Assembly (NCBI GenBank): GCA_963812605.1
Contig: CAWEWF010000013.1
Span: 1-64,000 of the forward strand
Source of the DNA: an uncultured Verrucomicrobiae bacterium
GTDB taxonomy: Bacteria > Verrucomicrobiota > Verrucomicrobiia > Palsa-1439
Direction of reading: 5' to 3'
Length of the DNA: 64,000 nt
Below the pieces are notes generated by a model that was not told the DNA's origin, searched no databases, and saw only the letters and a list, made by a program, of their open reading frames with translations. Made by a program: the position numbers and the translations under genes. Positions within the stretch are counted from its first letter, which is position 1. Every line of letters begins with the position of its first letter. This document shows positions 51,057 to 62,217 of the stretch, piece after piece.

Positions 51057-53954
51057 GTGGGTACGACTAACAACTTTTCGGCTCCAACGCCACGCAAAAT
51101 CCATCTCGGCCCATTTCAGCCGACGCTCGAAACCGCCCTGGCTGCGGATATCCTGGCATTTCGGAACAAGAACGGCCCGCTCGCGCCACTCACCATCGTC
51201 GTTCCCACCCGCTTGCTTGGGCTGCATTTGCAACGAAAACTAGCGCGAGTGTTGACCAGCGGCCATGCCAATTTGCGTTTCAGCGCGCTCGAGGACCTGC
51301 TGCCGCCGGCGCGTCTCGGCCCGCGACTGGGTCTCGAACTCCTTTGCGGCGAAATCGCGAAAAATGAAATCCCGGCGAATGGTTATTTTGCGCCCGTGCG
51401 TGAAACGCGCGGCTTCCGCAACGCCCTGCTGGAGACGTTCAAGGACCTCGAACAAGCGGGCCAGACGCCCGACGCATTCCGCAAGGCCGCCGGCGGGTCG
51501 CCAAAGCTCGCCGAATTGGCCGCCGCCTACACCGCATACCGCAAGTGGCTTACGGAGCATGATTTCGTTACGGAACCCGATCTGTACTTGAATGCCGAGA
51601 TCACCGTTCCGAAGTCCGCCGTTCTGCTGTACGGCTTCTATGATCTCACCACTGTGCAGCGCCAATTTGTGAGCAGGCTCGCTCCAACCACGGTCTTTTT
51701 CCCGTGGACAGCACCCAACGCCTATGCGGAGCCGCTTCTCGATTGGTTCAAGTCACAGGGCTACCAGCCCGTCGCGCCTCCGCCGGCGAAAAGCTCTCCA
51801 CCGGCCACGATTCTTTCCTGTCCGGGTGAAACGAGTGAAGTCCAGGAAGCCTTGCGCGAAGCGCTGGCGTTCGTGAGGAAAGAGGGCCGGACGTTCAACG
51901 ATGTGGCGATCCTCTGTCGCAGCCGCGAACAGTACGACGCGGTGCTGCGCGACACGCTGGCGAACCTCGGGATCAAAGCCTATTTTCGCGGAGGACGCCC
52001 GCTCGCGGAACAAAGCGACGCGCGTCTGCTGTTGCTGCTGCTGGAAACGATCCATTCCGATTTCAGACCGGGCGACGGTGATGGAACTGGCCGGCCACCT
52101 GACCCCGAGTTCGCATTGGGACGCGCTCTCGGTGCAATTGGGCATCGTGGGCGGACAAGAGCAATGGCTGACGCGTCTGGAAGCCGTCGCCTCGGAACCG
52201 CCCCGCGAACGGCGCAACCCGGATGACGCTCGTCGTCGCGAATGGCGTCAGCGTACCGCCCAGCAATCCCTCGCCTTCATGAAACAACTCATCGCGTTGC
52301 TCGGCGGCTTGCCGGATGAGGCGGGGTGGGGGGAGTATGGCGCGAAACTCGTCCGGGCTTTTCGCGCGCTGGGCGGAAAAAACGAAGCCGTGATCGATTG
52401 CGTCGAGCAACTCGCCGGATTGGAAGTGTTTCAACCGCGCGTGCCGTTCGACACGTTTGCCGAGTACTGCCAAAAGTCGCTCGAATCGGCGATGGACCAA
52501 CCCGAGAAATTCCAGGGCGGCGGCATCTTCGTCGGCGACGTGATGAGCGCGCGCGGTTTGTCGTGGCCGCTGGTGATTGTGCCGGGCCTTGTCGAGAAAC
52601 GGTTTCCCCGTGTCATCCGCGAAGACCCATTGTTGCTGGATGACTGAACGCGCGCGGGTCAACGCGGAACTGCCGCGCAAACTGGACGGTTACGATGAGG
52701 AGCGGCTGTTGTTCTCGCTCGCCGTCGCCGCTGCCGGCGAGCAACTCGTTTTGAGTTATCCGCGCTTGGAACCCGCCACGTCGCGTCCGCGTCTGGCGTC
52801 GTTCCTGTTGCTGGAATACGTCGGCGCCACCAGTTTCCCGGCCTTGGACAAACTGTCGCGCATCATCCCGCTCTCGCCGGTGCGCGCCGTTGACGAACCG
52901 CTAACCGAGCGCGAGTTCGACCTGACCGCGCTGGCATCGTTGACGGATCAGTCGCCTTATCTGCGCCAGGTATCGCCGCTGCTGGCCGACGGTGTGATCC
53001 ATGTCCACACGCGCTGGCACGAACACCAGCTCACACTGTACGACGGATTGCTGGGCGGTCCCGAGGCATTGAAACTCCTTCGCGATCGGTTCGGCCTGGA
53101 GAAACTCATCATTAGTACCACGTCCCTGGAGGATTTCTTTGGCTGTCCGTTCTATTACTTCCAGAAACACGTGTTGGGCATTGAACCGTGGGAGGAACCC
53201 GAGGCCGCGCTTTCCATCAACGCCCTCGATCTCGGCTCGCTCTATCATTCGATTCTGGAAGACTACTACAAATCGCACGCGCACGACGTTGTCGCGGTGG
53301 CCGAAAAACATTTCCGCGAATTCGAGCGGCGCGGTGTGACGGGTTACCCGACCGTTTGGGAGATCAAAAAACAGGTGATCGTTGAGGAAGTGGGCGCCTT
53401 CGTCGAACGCGATCGTGCAACCGCCGCCGGTTGGCAGCCCGCAAAGTTTGAGGAGGAATTCAACGGCATTGCCGTCGCGCCGCCAATACGCCTGCGGGGC
53501 AAAATCGATCGCATCGACCTCCGTGACGACGGTTCCCGGGCACGGGTCGCTCGACTACAAGACCGGCAAGCAGCCTCGGGGGGTGCGTGACGACTCATTC
53601 GCGGGTGGCGAAGCGCTGCAATTGCCGTTATACATCCTCGCGGCGCAACAGTTGCTGCCAAAAACCTTGGTCGAATCGGCCAGTTACCTCTACTTCACGT
53701 TGCGCGGCGGCTATCGCACCGTTACCTTCACGCGTGGCGCGCTGGATACTCGACGCACCGAACTCACCAGCCTGTTGGATACGGCCGCCAATCTCATTCG
53801 CAGTGGTATCTTCGCGCAGTACGCCACCGTGGAAGGCTGCCGCCGTTGTGAGTTCCGCCCCATCTGTGGCAACGGCATCCTGAAACTGTACGACTTGAAG
53901 CACGAAGACGCGCACATGGAAGCCTTTCGCGCGATCAAGGAAGAGGTGAAATGA
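51057..53954 (+). CDS. AddB/RexB-like PD-(D/E)XK nuclease subunit with Fe-S cysteines; indels near 52065, 52640 and 53545; start uncertain
   Basis: IVVPTR, ARGLSWPLVIVPGL, GCPFYYF, LRGKIDRID, DYKTG, CRRCEFRPIC. Confidence 0.78.
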
Positions 53955-56900
53955 AGCCCGTCGATCACAAGGAGCGCGAGGCCGCAGCCACCGAGCTCGA
54001 CACCACGTTCTTTGTCGAGGCGGCGGCGGGCACGGGCAAGACCACGGCGCTGGTAGCGCGTATTGTGTCCGCAGTCGAAACGGGCGCGCCCGGCTTGGCG
54101 AGATCGTGGCGATCACTTTCACGGAGAAGGCGGCCGGTGAATTGAAAGTGCGATTGCGCGAGAAATTGGAGGAGACGCTTCAGGGGAACAAACGAAAAGA
54201 GGCCCTGGCGGATTTGGAGCGCGCGCATATCACGACGATTCATTCTTTCTGCGCCTGGATCTTGCGCGAACGACCAATCGAAGCGGTCGTCGATCCGTTG
54301 TTCGCCGTTGCCGACGAGTTGCAGCGGCGGCTGTTGTTTGAAGAGGCGTGGGACGAATGGCTCGAAGCCGAATTGGGCCAGAATCCACCCGCCCTTCGAC
54401 AGGCGCTGATGTTCGGCGTCGAGTTGGACACGCTTCCCGAACTGGCCGCGCTGCTCGTGGAACATCGTGACCGTCTTTCGCGCGTGAAATGGCCGGGACC
54501 GGAACCATTGGACGTCGAGGGTGTCATGGCCGAATTGAAATCCGCCGCGCCGACATTGGAACGCTGCCTGAAACATTTCACGGCCCGCGACAAGAATGCT
54601 TACGTGCGAGCGCGAACGTTCCTGGACACCCTGCCATCGTTGTCGCACGCCTCGGCAGAGCGCAGGATTGCCGTGTTGCGTTCGCTGGAATTGTCCGAGC
54701 CAAAAGCGAAGGCGCATTTGGACAGCGAAGAGGCCTTCCGCGAGTTGCGCGACACGGTCAAACAACTTGGCTCGCTGCTGGAGAATTTTGGGGCCGCCGC
54801 CGACCATAATTTCCTCGTGGAACTCGTGGCGTGGTTGCGCGGATTCGTCGACCACTTTCAGAAAGCCAAGCACGACCGCGCATTGCTCGATTTCGACGAT
54901 CTGTTGGTAAAGACGCGGGATTTGTTGCTCGGGAATGCCGAGGTGCGGCGCGAATTACAGCAGCGCTTCAAATTCGTGCTCATCGACGAGTTTCAGGACA
55001 CGGATCCCGTGCAGTCGGAAGTAGTCCTCCTGCTCGGCGAGGGCGCGCCCGGGAAGCTCTTCGTGGTCGGCGACCCGAAGCAGAGCATTTACGGGTTCCG
55101 CCGCGCGGACATCGAGATGTATGCCGGCACGCGCCGCGAGATTGAGCGCAAAGGCCGGGTGCTGACATTCCGCCAGAATTTCAGGAGCGCCTCCACGATT
55201 CTCGATTGGGTGAACGACGTTTTTACCAAGATCCTCGTCAAATCCACGGATGGCGACTACCAGCCAGAGTACATTGGACTGGCATCCTGGCCCGAGTTGC
55301 AGACGGCAAACGCAACCGTCACACTCCTTCGCCCGAAGCAGGCACTCAAAGCCAGTGCGGATGAACTGCGACGTACGGAGGCGACTGCCGTCGCCCGCTA
55401 TCTTCAGCAACAGGTGAGCAATGGGGCGTACGAGTGGGGCGACGTGGCGCTGCTGTTCCGCAGCTTCACGGGCGTCGAGACGTATGGCGACGTGTTACAG
55501 GAACAGGGAGTTCCATTCCGCATCATCGGCGGGAAAGGTTATTATCAGCGTCAGGAGATCCAGACGCTATCATCGCTTTTGTCGTGCCTCGACAATCCTA
55601 CGGACAAACTTAATCTCGTCGCGACGCTTCGCTCGCCCTTGTTCGGCTGGGCGGATGAGTTGGTGTTCCTCATTTCCGCGACGCCAGGGCTGGATTATCT
55701 GGCCGAGACGGCGCCGGATGCGCCCGAACAGGTGAAGCAAACTTTTGCGCTCCTGCGTGAGTTGCATGCGTGTCGACATGATTCTTCGGTCGCGGGTTAC
55801 GTTGACCGTGTGTTCGCGCGTACCCGGATTTGCGAGGCGTTTTTCGCCAGTCAGCCAGACGGCGCGCAATGCGTGGCCAATCTACTCAAGGCACTCGAAT
55901 TGGCGAGGCAACTCGAAACGGCTGGCGTCCGTTCGCTGCGCGCGTTTGTACGGCGGCTGCGCGACACCGTTCTGGGCGGGGTTGAAGAAGAACCCTCTCC
56001 GGCGAACGAAGAAAGCGAAAACGTGGTGCGCATCCTGACGATGCACAAGGCCAAAGGCTTGGAATTTCCCGTGGTGGTGTTGCCGGATTTGGCGGGCCGC
56101 TCTGCGGACTCGGGCGCGAAGTTGCTGTTTCGTCGCGACGGGGGCTGCGAACTACGGTTTGCCAGCCGCCGCACGGTGGAATTCGATGAAGCCGATGAAG
56201 ACCGCAAGAAACGCGAGGAGGCTGAGGAAATTCGGCTGCTGTATGTCGCCACTACGCGCGCGAAAAAGCGGCTGGTGATCCCTTGGTTCGCGGAAAAGGG
56301 CGGACGAATCGGTCTGCTGGCGCGCGGATTCATACCCGTCGCCAGCGCCCTGGTGGAAGCGCCCGATTTGGAATCCTTGACCGTGAAGAAAACCGAACCC
56401 AGAAAAACGGAGGCCCGGCGCGGTTCGCCAGCGCAGTTGATCGATCAACGGCGTGCGTGGGCGGCATCCCGAGACGAGTTATTGGTGCGCGCGGTGAAGT
56501 CGCCGTTGCGAAAGAGCCCGTCGAAACTCTTGACCGAATCGGAACCGTCCGAGGAAGAGCCAATCGGCGCGGAGCGCGCGCGCGCGATGGATTTTGGCGT
56601 AGCGGTGCACGGTGCGCTGGAAGCAGTGGATTTGCAGGCAACCGGGACGGCACAGCGGCAACAAATCGAGCAGTTCCTGGCCTTGGCGGGTCTGAGTGGT
56701 GAGGATCACCGCCGGGCGCTCGAAATGGTCGGCAACGCGGTCGGTTCCGAGTTGTTGGTGCGCGCCCGCAAGGCGGAGGTGCTTTATCGCGAACTGCCGT
56801 TTACGCAGGTCTTGGGCGAGGGATTGATGGAGGGCAAAATCGATTTGCTGTTTTGCGAAAAAGGGCAATGGGTATTGGTCGATTACAAGACGGATGCACG

Positions 56901-57036
56901 CGTCGAAGTGGAAAAATACGCCGAACAATTGCGCGCCTACGAGGCCGCGCTCAAGCAAGTGGCCGGGATCGATCTCGCCCAGAAATTGCTATTCTTCCTG
57001 GCGAGCGGGACGGTGAAGCAGGTGACGGATGATTAA
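53951..57036 (+). CDS. AddA/RexA-like UvrD helicase-nuclease; indel near 54090
   Basis: AAAGTGKT, ITFTEKAAGE, IDEFQDT, VGDPKQSIYGFR, TMHKAKGLEF, YVATTRA, GKIDL..VDYKT. Confidence 0.9.
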
Positions 57037-57751
57037 AGTGGATTTGCACATGCACTCGGGAGAAGACCCGGCGGACGGGTTGCGCTATCCGGCGACCGCG
57101 TTGATCGACCGGGCTGTCGAACTCGGCTACGACGCGATCGCCATCACCCTCCATGGCCGGGTGATTGGCGACGAACGCGTCTTTGAGTATGCGCAGCAGA
57201 AAGGCCTGCTGCTAATCCGCGCGGTCGAGTGGAACATCAACGGCGGCGACGTCTTGCTCTATAACGTCACGCAACGCGAAGCCGAAAAACTGGTCACTTT
57301 TGATGATCTTCGCGCCTACAGGCGCGAACGCCCCGAGGATCTCCTGGTGATCGCGCCGCATCCCTTTTACCCGCGAGGGCATAGTCTCCGAGATCAACTC
57401 GAAGCGAATATCAATTTGTTCGACGCGATCGAGTACGCGCAGATTCATCTCCCCTGGTTCGATAAATTCAATCAGCAGGCAGTCCGCGTGGCGCGAAAAC
57501 ACAACAAACCGATTGTGGCGAACTCCGACTCGCACAATCTCTGGATGTTTGGCCGCCATTACACGCTCGCGGACGCCGCGCCCACTATGTCCTCGATCTT
57601 CCACGCCATTCGCACAGGCCAGGTCAAGCCCATCAGCCCGCCCGTGACGGTCTGGGATTGCCTGCGGATGTTCGTCTTCGACCCGCTGCTGGAGCGCAAG
57701 CCGGGCCAGGTGATGGAGAGTTTTCCGCCGGCCAGCACCAAGACGGGTTGA
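57029..57751 (+). CDS. PHP-family metal-dependent phosphoesterase
   Basis: DLHMHS, APHPF, ANSDSH. Confidence 0.85.
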   Translation: MIKVDLHMHSGEDPADGLRYPATALIDRAVELGYDAIAITLHGRVIGDERVFEYAQQKGLLLIRAVEWNINGGDVLLYNVTQREAEKLVTFDDLRAYRRERPEDLLVIAPHPFYPRGHSLRDQLEANINLFDAIEYAQIHLPWFDKFNQQAVRVARKHNKPIVANSDSHNLWMFGRHYTLADAAPTMSSIFHAIRTGQVKPISPPVTVWDCLRMFVFDPLLERKPGQVMESFPPASTKTG

Positions 57752-57760
57752 GGTCGCGTT

Positions 57761-58639
57761 TCAAATCTCGAGCGTATCCTGGCGGGTGAACGACGAAGCA
57801 ATGAAGTGGAACATGACGAAATACTCGAGCGCAAAAGGCAGGAAACCGAGAAAGCCGACCAGCGGCATCTCAAAGAATTTCAGGTTCCGGCCGTGCGGGA
57901 AGATATAGACCCATTTCGTGTAGGCCCACATGTTCCAGAATTCCCACAGGAACCCGCAGATTGCGCCGGCGGCCAGCAATTGCAGCGTGCGCGACCAATC
58001 ACCGCGTTCCCAGTCGCGATAGATGCTCTGGGCCCGCCGCCAGTAGTTGAAGGGCTCCAGGAGAAGGAACCACCCCAGCCAGACGAAGACCCACAGATAC
58101 CCGCGCGTCTTTTCGGGCATGAAGGGCGGCGCGATGACAAAAACCGCGCCGAGGACGACCGACGCGATCAGAAGACCCCGACCCCAGCGGAAACTCCGCG
58201 TCCGGGCGCGGGCGAGAAATTCGTAGCTCTGCAGCAGTTCGCAGGTCAGAAACATCGCCGGCATGATCGTGGCAAACGAGATCGCGTAACCGAGCAGGCG
58301 GAGCGACAGGTTCGACTCCAGGTTCAAGTAACGCCAGCCCGGCATCACGCGGTTATAGGCCTCGAACAAACACCAGAAGGCGACCGAGAGGATGCATTGA
58401 GCGACCAGCGACTCGCGCCGATCCGTCAACAACGACGTGCCTTTGCGGCGATAGATCCACGCATCGGCAATCAGGATGTAAGCCCACCAGCAGACCGGCG
58501 TCGTCCAACTGGTAATGAGCCACCACGGCGTGGCGGGCAGCGCGTCCGTTCGCGCGCAGAAGACCGCGGTTTCCATGAGCAGGAGAATCGCCAGTCCAAT
58601 CGTGCCGTATTGGGGAAAGCGGTGGCGGTACCCGTTCAT
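57761..58639 (-). CDS. Conserved multi-TM hypothetical protein
   Basis: Hydrophobic; CGFLWEFWN and FEMPLVGFLGFLPFALE. Confidence 0.75.
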   Translation of the reverse strand: MNGYRHRFPQYGTIGLAILLLMETAVFCARTDALPATPWWLITSWTTPVCWWAYILIADAWIYRRKGTSLLTDRRESLVAQCILSVAFWCLFEAYNRVMPGWRYLNLESNLSLRLLGYAISFATIMPAMFLTCELLQSYEFLARARTRSFRWGRGLLIASVVLGAVFVIAPPFMPEKTRGYLWVFVWLGWFLLLEPFNYWRRAQSIYRDWERGDWSRTLQLLAAGAICGFLWEFWNMWAYTKWVYIFPHGRNLKFFEMPLVGFLGFLPFALEYFVMFHFIASSFTRQDTLEI

Positions 58640-59409
58640 GAGCGGTCAGTGCCGGGATCGCGAGGATGGTCAAGCGCGGACAATTGGCGCAACACGGCGT
58701 CCTTGCAACTCCACGCCAACGACAGTGTCAGCGAGAAGGGGAGCAAGAGGACGACAATGATCAGCAAATTGGCGCGACCCAGGAGGAATCTCAATTCGGA
58801 AAGCGGGTCACTGCGCTGGAAAACCGCCATGCCAATGATGTACGCGATGACGCAGGCAAATGGCAACAGCAACAACCCGACATTGCCCGAGCCGAACATG
58901 CGCGATTCGAACACCATGTCCTTTCGTCCCAGGGCCGTGGCCAGCACCGCGACCACGCGGTTGAAAGCGATGACATAAACGATTCCCGTGGCCGCAAAGG
59001 CGAGTACGTTGCCGAGCAGGTAGGCGCTCATCGGCACGCGCCGCCACAAATAAAAGAACACGCAGAAATAGGTCATCAGCATCGCCAGGCTGAACGCCCG
59101 GCGGATCCCTTGACGCCAGGATTCCCCGAGGCTGCGCACCTGATACAACCGCCACGACCCGATCAGCGTCGCCAACACCCCGACGCCCAGGAACGACTCG
59201 GCGAACGGCGGCATGTCGGTGAGCATGAGCAGTTCCACGCCGGTCAGTACCGTCAACAACAATCCCCAGAAGACGAAATAGAAACCCTGCGCCAGGCGCA
59301 CATAATCGCGCGCGGGAACCTGGAGATCAGCGCTCACGGGAATCTCGATGGCGGCGCCGGGCTCAAGCTGGGTCGTCGGCTGCGCCGCCGCGTCAATTGT
59401 GTCCGACAT
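58636..59409 (-). CDS. Multi-TM hypothetical protein
   Basis: About six TM helices; overlaps both neighbours. Confidence 0.7.
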   Translation of the reverse strand: MSDTIDAAAQPTTQLEPGAAIEIPVSADLQVPARDYVRLAQGFYFVFWGLLLTVLTGVELLMLTDMPPFAESFLGVGVLATLIGSWRLYQVRSLGESWRQGIRRAFSLAMLMTYFCVFFYLWRRVPMSAYLLGNVLAFAATGIVYVIAFNRVVAVLATALGRKDMVFESRMFGSGNVGLLLLPFACVIAYIIGMAVFQRSDPLSELRFLLGRANLLIIVVLLLPFSLTLSLAWSCKDAVLRQLSALDHPRDPGTDRS

Positions 59410-60061
59410 GTTTGTTGGGCAGCTTGCCTTGGAGGGTTTTCCACAGTTCGAATTGCTGGATTTTTTTCTGCAACAACACCAGCAATTTTTCGAGCCGTTC
59501 GTCCGTGTCGATCGTTTCCAACATCGCCTGCTTGTCGTAATAATCGTCCAGCAGGGTATAACTCACCAGGTCCGACAAATAGTCCGTGTTCTTGACGGAA
59601 CGCAACGCGTTGAGCACGGCTTTCGGCAGTTCCGCGCCCATGCGCGCCCGCGCCTTCGCCAATTGCGTGACCGCTTTCAATAGCGGTTCACGCCGGCCGC
59701 CGACCGCCTCCTCGGGGCCCGCCAGGGATTCGACGAGGGCGACGCGATAGGGCCGTTGCTTCACGTATTCAGAAATCCTCACGCGCGCCACGCCTTCGAG
59801 GATCACATTGGCCGAACCGTCGGGCCGCGCCACGCACGTGCGGATCACCCCGATGCTCGCGATGGGATGGGGCGTGGGATTACGGCCTTCCTTCTCCCAA
59901 CCCTTGCGCAGCAACGCTACGGCGAACATGCGTTCGCCCTTCAGGCAATCCGCCAGCATCTGTTTGTAGCGCGGCTCGAAAATGTACAGCGGCAGCAACA
60001 CTCGCGGGAACAGGATCGCGTTCGGCAACGGCATCACCGCAATGTGCTTCGGCAGCCTCAC
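59393..60061 (-). CDS. Lon N-terminal (substrate-binding) domain protein
   Basis: LFPRVLLPLYIFEPRYKQML. GTG start 7 nt after TTGACG-17-TATACT. Confidence 0.88.
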   Translation of the reverse strand: MRLPKHIAVMPLPNAILFPRVLLPLYIFEPRYKQMLADCLKGERMFAVALLRKGWEKEGRNPTPHPIASIGVIRTCVARPDGSANVILEGVARVRISEYVKQRPYRVALVESLAGPEEAVGGRREPLLKAVTQLAKARARMGAELPKAVLNALRSVKNTDYLSDLVSYTLLDDYYDKQAMLETIDTDERLEKLLVLLQKKIQQFELWKTLQGKLPNKHVGHN

Positions 60062-60159
60062 GTCGCACAGTATAACCGCAGCCGCCGCGGGCGTCAAAGG
60101 CAGAACTGCGAAAGCGGACAGCGGAAGGCGGAAAGAAAGGCAAAAAACGGAGGATCCTT

Positions 60160-60636
60160 CTATCGAAGGTTCTTCACCAAGGAGGCATAAAGCTCGTCCA
60201 GCGCCTGGGGCAACACGTGCGTATCGGCAAGGACCGGGATGAAATTCGTGTCGCCGGCCCAGCGGGGGACGATGTGCATGTGAACGTGATCGAGCACGCC
60301 CGCGCCCGCGCTACGGCCAAGATTCATGCCGATGTTGAAACCGTCGGGCTTCATGGTTCTGGCGAGCAATTGCTTGCAGCGGCGGGTGAGTGCCATCAGC
60401 TCCGAGAGTTCCTGATCGGAAAGGTCGTCGAGTTCGCCCGTGTGTTTGTACGGCGCGACCATCAAATGGCCTGCGGTGTACGGAAAGGTATTGAGCAGCG
60501 CGAAACAGTTCCGCTCGCGAATGACGACGTAATTTTTCGCATCGTCGCTCTCCTGCGACTTGCGACAGAAGAAGCAGCCCTCTTCTTTTTCCCCGAGGAT
60601 GTACCGAATCCGCCAAGGCGCCCAGAGATGTTCCAT
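60160..60636 (-). CDS. HIT-family hydrolase (Ap4A-type)
   Basis: LWAPWR, CFFC, HVHMHIVPRW. Confidence 0.92.
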   Translation of the reverse strand: MEHLWAPWRIRYILGEKEEGCFFCRKSQESDDAKNYVVIRERNCFALLNTFPYTAGHLMVAPYKHTGELDDLSDQELSELMALTRRCKQLLARTMKPDGFNIGMNLGRSAGAGVLDHVHMHIVPRWAGDTNFIPVLADTHVLPQALDELYASLVKNLR

Positions 60637-60707
60637 GCCGAGCTTTATAAAACTGCCCCGCAAACAAGTCAACGCGAGTCCGCTTCACCCCTGCCAATTT
60701 CCCGATT

Positions 60708-60877
60708 GTAGGGCGAGCGGCCCGCTCGCCACCGTTCTCGGATATCTCCTCTCCCCTCGGGGGAGAAGATTAAGGTGAGGAGGTTGGAAAGTTCCCGGTT
60801 GTACAACATTGGGAATACCCCGCTTGTGCAAGAGCCGAGTCCGACCCCGGTTGTGCGAGGGTCTCCCGACCCCGCAC
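60708..60877. repeat. Cluster of REP-like palindromes
   Basis: GTAG-GGCGAGCGG-C-CCGCTCGCC (60708-60730); TCTCCCC-TCG-GGGGAGA..AAGGTGAGG (~60746-60782); GTGCGAGGGTC-TCCC-GACCCCGCAC (60853-60877). Confidence 0.65.
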
Positions 60878-61025
60878 GATACCCATTGGATCAGGCAGTT
60901 CCTCAAGTTCGAGTCCCGTCTGCGGACACCTTTTTGTGCTTTCCTCGCAATTCCATCAGAGGTTTAATGAGGCCCACACACTTTACCGGTGTGGAAGGAA
61001 TACCTGTTAGATTCCGTAGCTAGAT

Positions 61026-61457
61026 ATGGCCGAGAGTGACATCCTACCGGAGGCCGCTTCTGAAGTTCGTCCTGACTTCAGAAGACAGAAGTGGTTTGCG
61101 CTTATGGCCCTTGTCGTTCTCGCCGCGGTGTTGGGTGGCGTTGATGTTCTTATCCACGAGAGTACATCGGCCGAAAAAGCCATCACGATAGGAAGCGCTC
61201 TCTTGATGTTGTCATTTGTTTTCACATGGCTTTACTACGATAGCCTCGAGCACCATTACCGAATCGGTATGCTGCTGGGTCTTTGCATCATTCTTCTGGG
61301 GGGCATCGGCATCCCGGTATACTTTTTTAGGACGCGTGGATTGCGTGGTTTCATATCGCTCGGACTTGCCTTGTTGTTCAGTTGCGGTCTGGCTCTGATT
61401 GTCAGTGTGTCGTTCTACGCTGTGTACTACGTGCGGGAGGCGTTTGCACATTGGTAG
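61026..61457 (+). CDS. Small four-TM hypothetical protein (cassette-like)
   Basis: Preceded by GTTAGAT (61006-61012); contains IGIPVYFFRTRG. Confidence 0.65.
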   Translation: MAESDILPEAASEVRPDFRRQKWFALMALVVLAAVLGGVDVLIHESTSAEKAITIGSALLMLSFVFTWLYYDSLEHHYRIGMLLGLCIILLGGIGIPVYFFRTRGLRGFISLGLALLFSCGLALIVSVSFYAVYYVREAFAHW

Positions 61458-61461
61458 ATCT

Positions 61462-61628
61462 GTCTGACAATAAGATCGAGCTAAACACAGTTGTGCTATT
61501 GAATAACTCAGCATGTTTATTCGGGCACTGTTTGCTTTTCTGGCGTTGCGCATGCACTCGTGATTGCGCTTTTTGGGGAAACGGTTGCGTTCGTGCTCTT
61601 GTCGATAGATAATTAAATTGCGTTAGAC
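61462..61628 (+). other. Degenerate attC-like site
   Basis: GTCTGAC-5 bp-GATCGAGC after the stop codon, and GTTAGAC 12 bp before the next ATG; L' box poorly preserved. Confidence 0.4.
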
Positions 61629-61640
61629 AGGAGAAGCTCA

Positions 61641-62150
61641 ATGAAAGTAAATTTGCTTCTTATCACCGTGTCGGTACTTTGCAGCGCCAGCACCTTCGGC
61701 CAATCCAATAGCCCCAGTCTTGCGTTCGTCGTCCCTGAAGGCATGCAGGCAGTCGCCATTAGTGGAGGCACAATCACCAGCGCGGTAACTAGCGTCAAGG
61801 CAGGCGACCGGGTGGACATTCTGTTAACGTATACCGACCCGGTCGCGCACCAGGAAACCACGCAAATGATCCTGCAAAATGTTCTTGTGCTCGCGGTGAC
61901 CAACGGAAAGGTTAATCCTTCAAGCAAGGAAGCTGGCGGGAGTTCGATGACTTTAGCTGTGAGGCCCGAGCAGGTTGAACTTGTCACTGCTGCTGACAGG
62001 GCTGGTGCGTTGAGCGTCGTTTTGCGTCCGGCGCACGAGGAGAAAGCCACCGCACCTTCGCGGCCAGGTGTAGGGGACTTTTGGTCTTCTGGAGAGTTAC
62101 AGCGGCTTCTTGAAGAGAGGAAACAGCAGCGACGACAAGGATCGGACTGA
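61641..62150 (+). CDS. CpaB/RcpC C-terminal-domain protein with a signal peptide
   Basis: VPEGMQAVAI, GDRVDILLT, ILQNVLVLAV, TLAVRPEQ. Confidence 0.75.
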   Translation: MKVNLLLITVSVLCSASTFGQSNSPSLAFVVPEGMQAVAISGGTITSAVTSVKAGDRVDILLTYTDPVAHQETTQMILQNVLVLAVTNGKVNPSSKEAGGSSMTLAVRPEQVELVTAADRAGALSVVLRPAHEEKATAPSRPGVGDFWSSGELQRLLEERKQQRRQGSD

Positions 62151-62212
62151 ATGTAGCCATGCGCTTCAGCCAGCGCCGATATTGCGTCCATAGCTGAGCT
62201 TAATCGATAGGC
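62151..62212 (+). other. attC recombination site with mutated core boxes
   Basis: ATGTAGC-5 bp-GCTTCAGC...GCTGAGC-6 bp-GATAGGC. L'' and L' pair with one extra base and spacing is canonical. Confidence 0.65.
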
Positions 62213-62217
62213 AGAAG

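Noticed and set aside
51057-57751. Helicase-nuclease plus PHP as a defence system (Ppl- or Gabija-like)
   Set aside because: Order and motifs match the housekeeping AddAB repair complex, and the PHP protein has no fused ATPase.
60108-60150. Heptamer run GCGAAA/GCGGACA/GCGGAAG/GCGGAAA
   Set aside because: Short low-complexity intergenic repeat with no supportable function.
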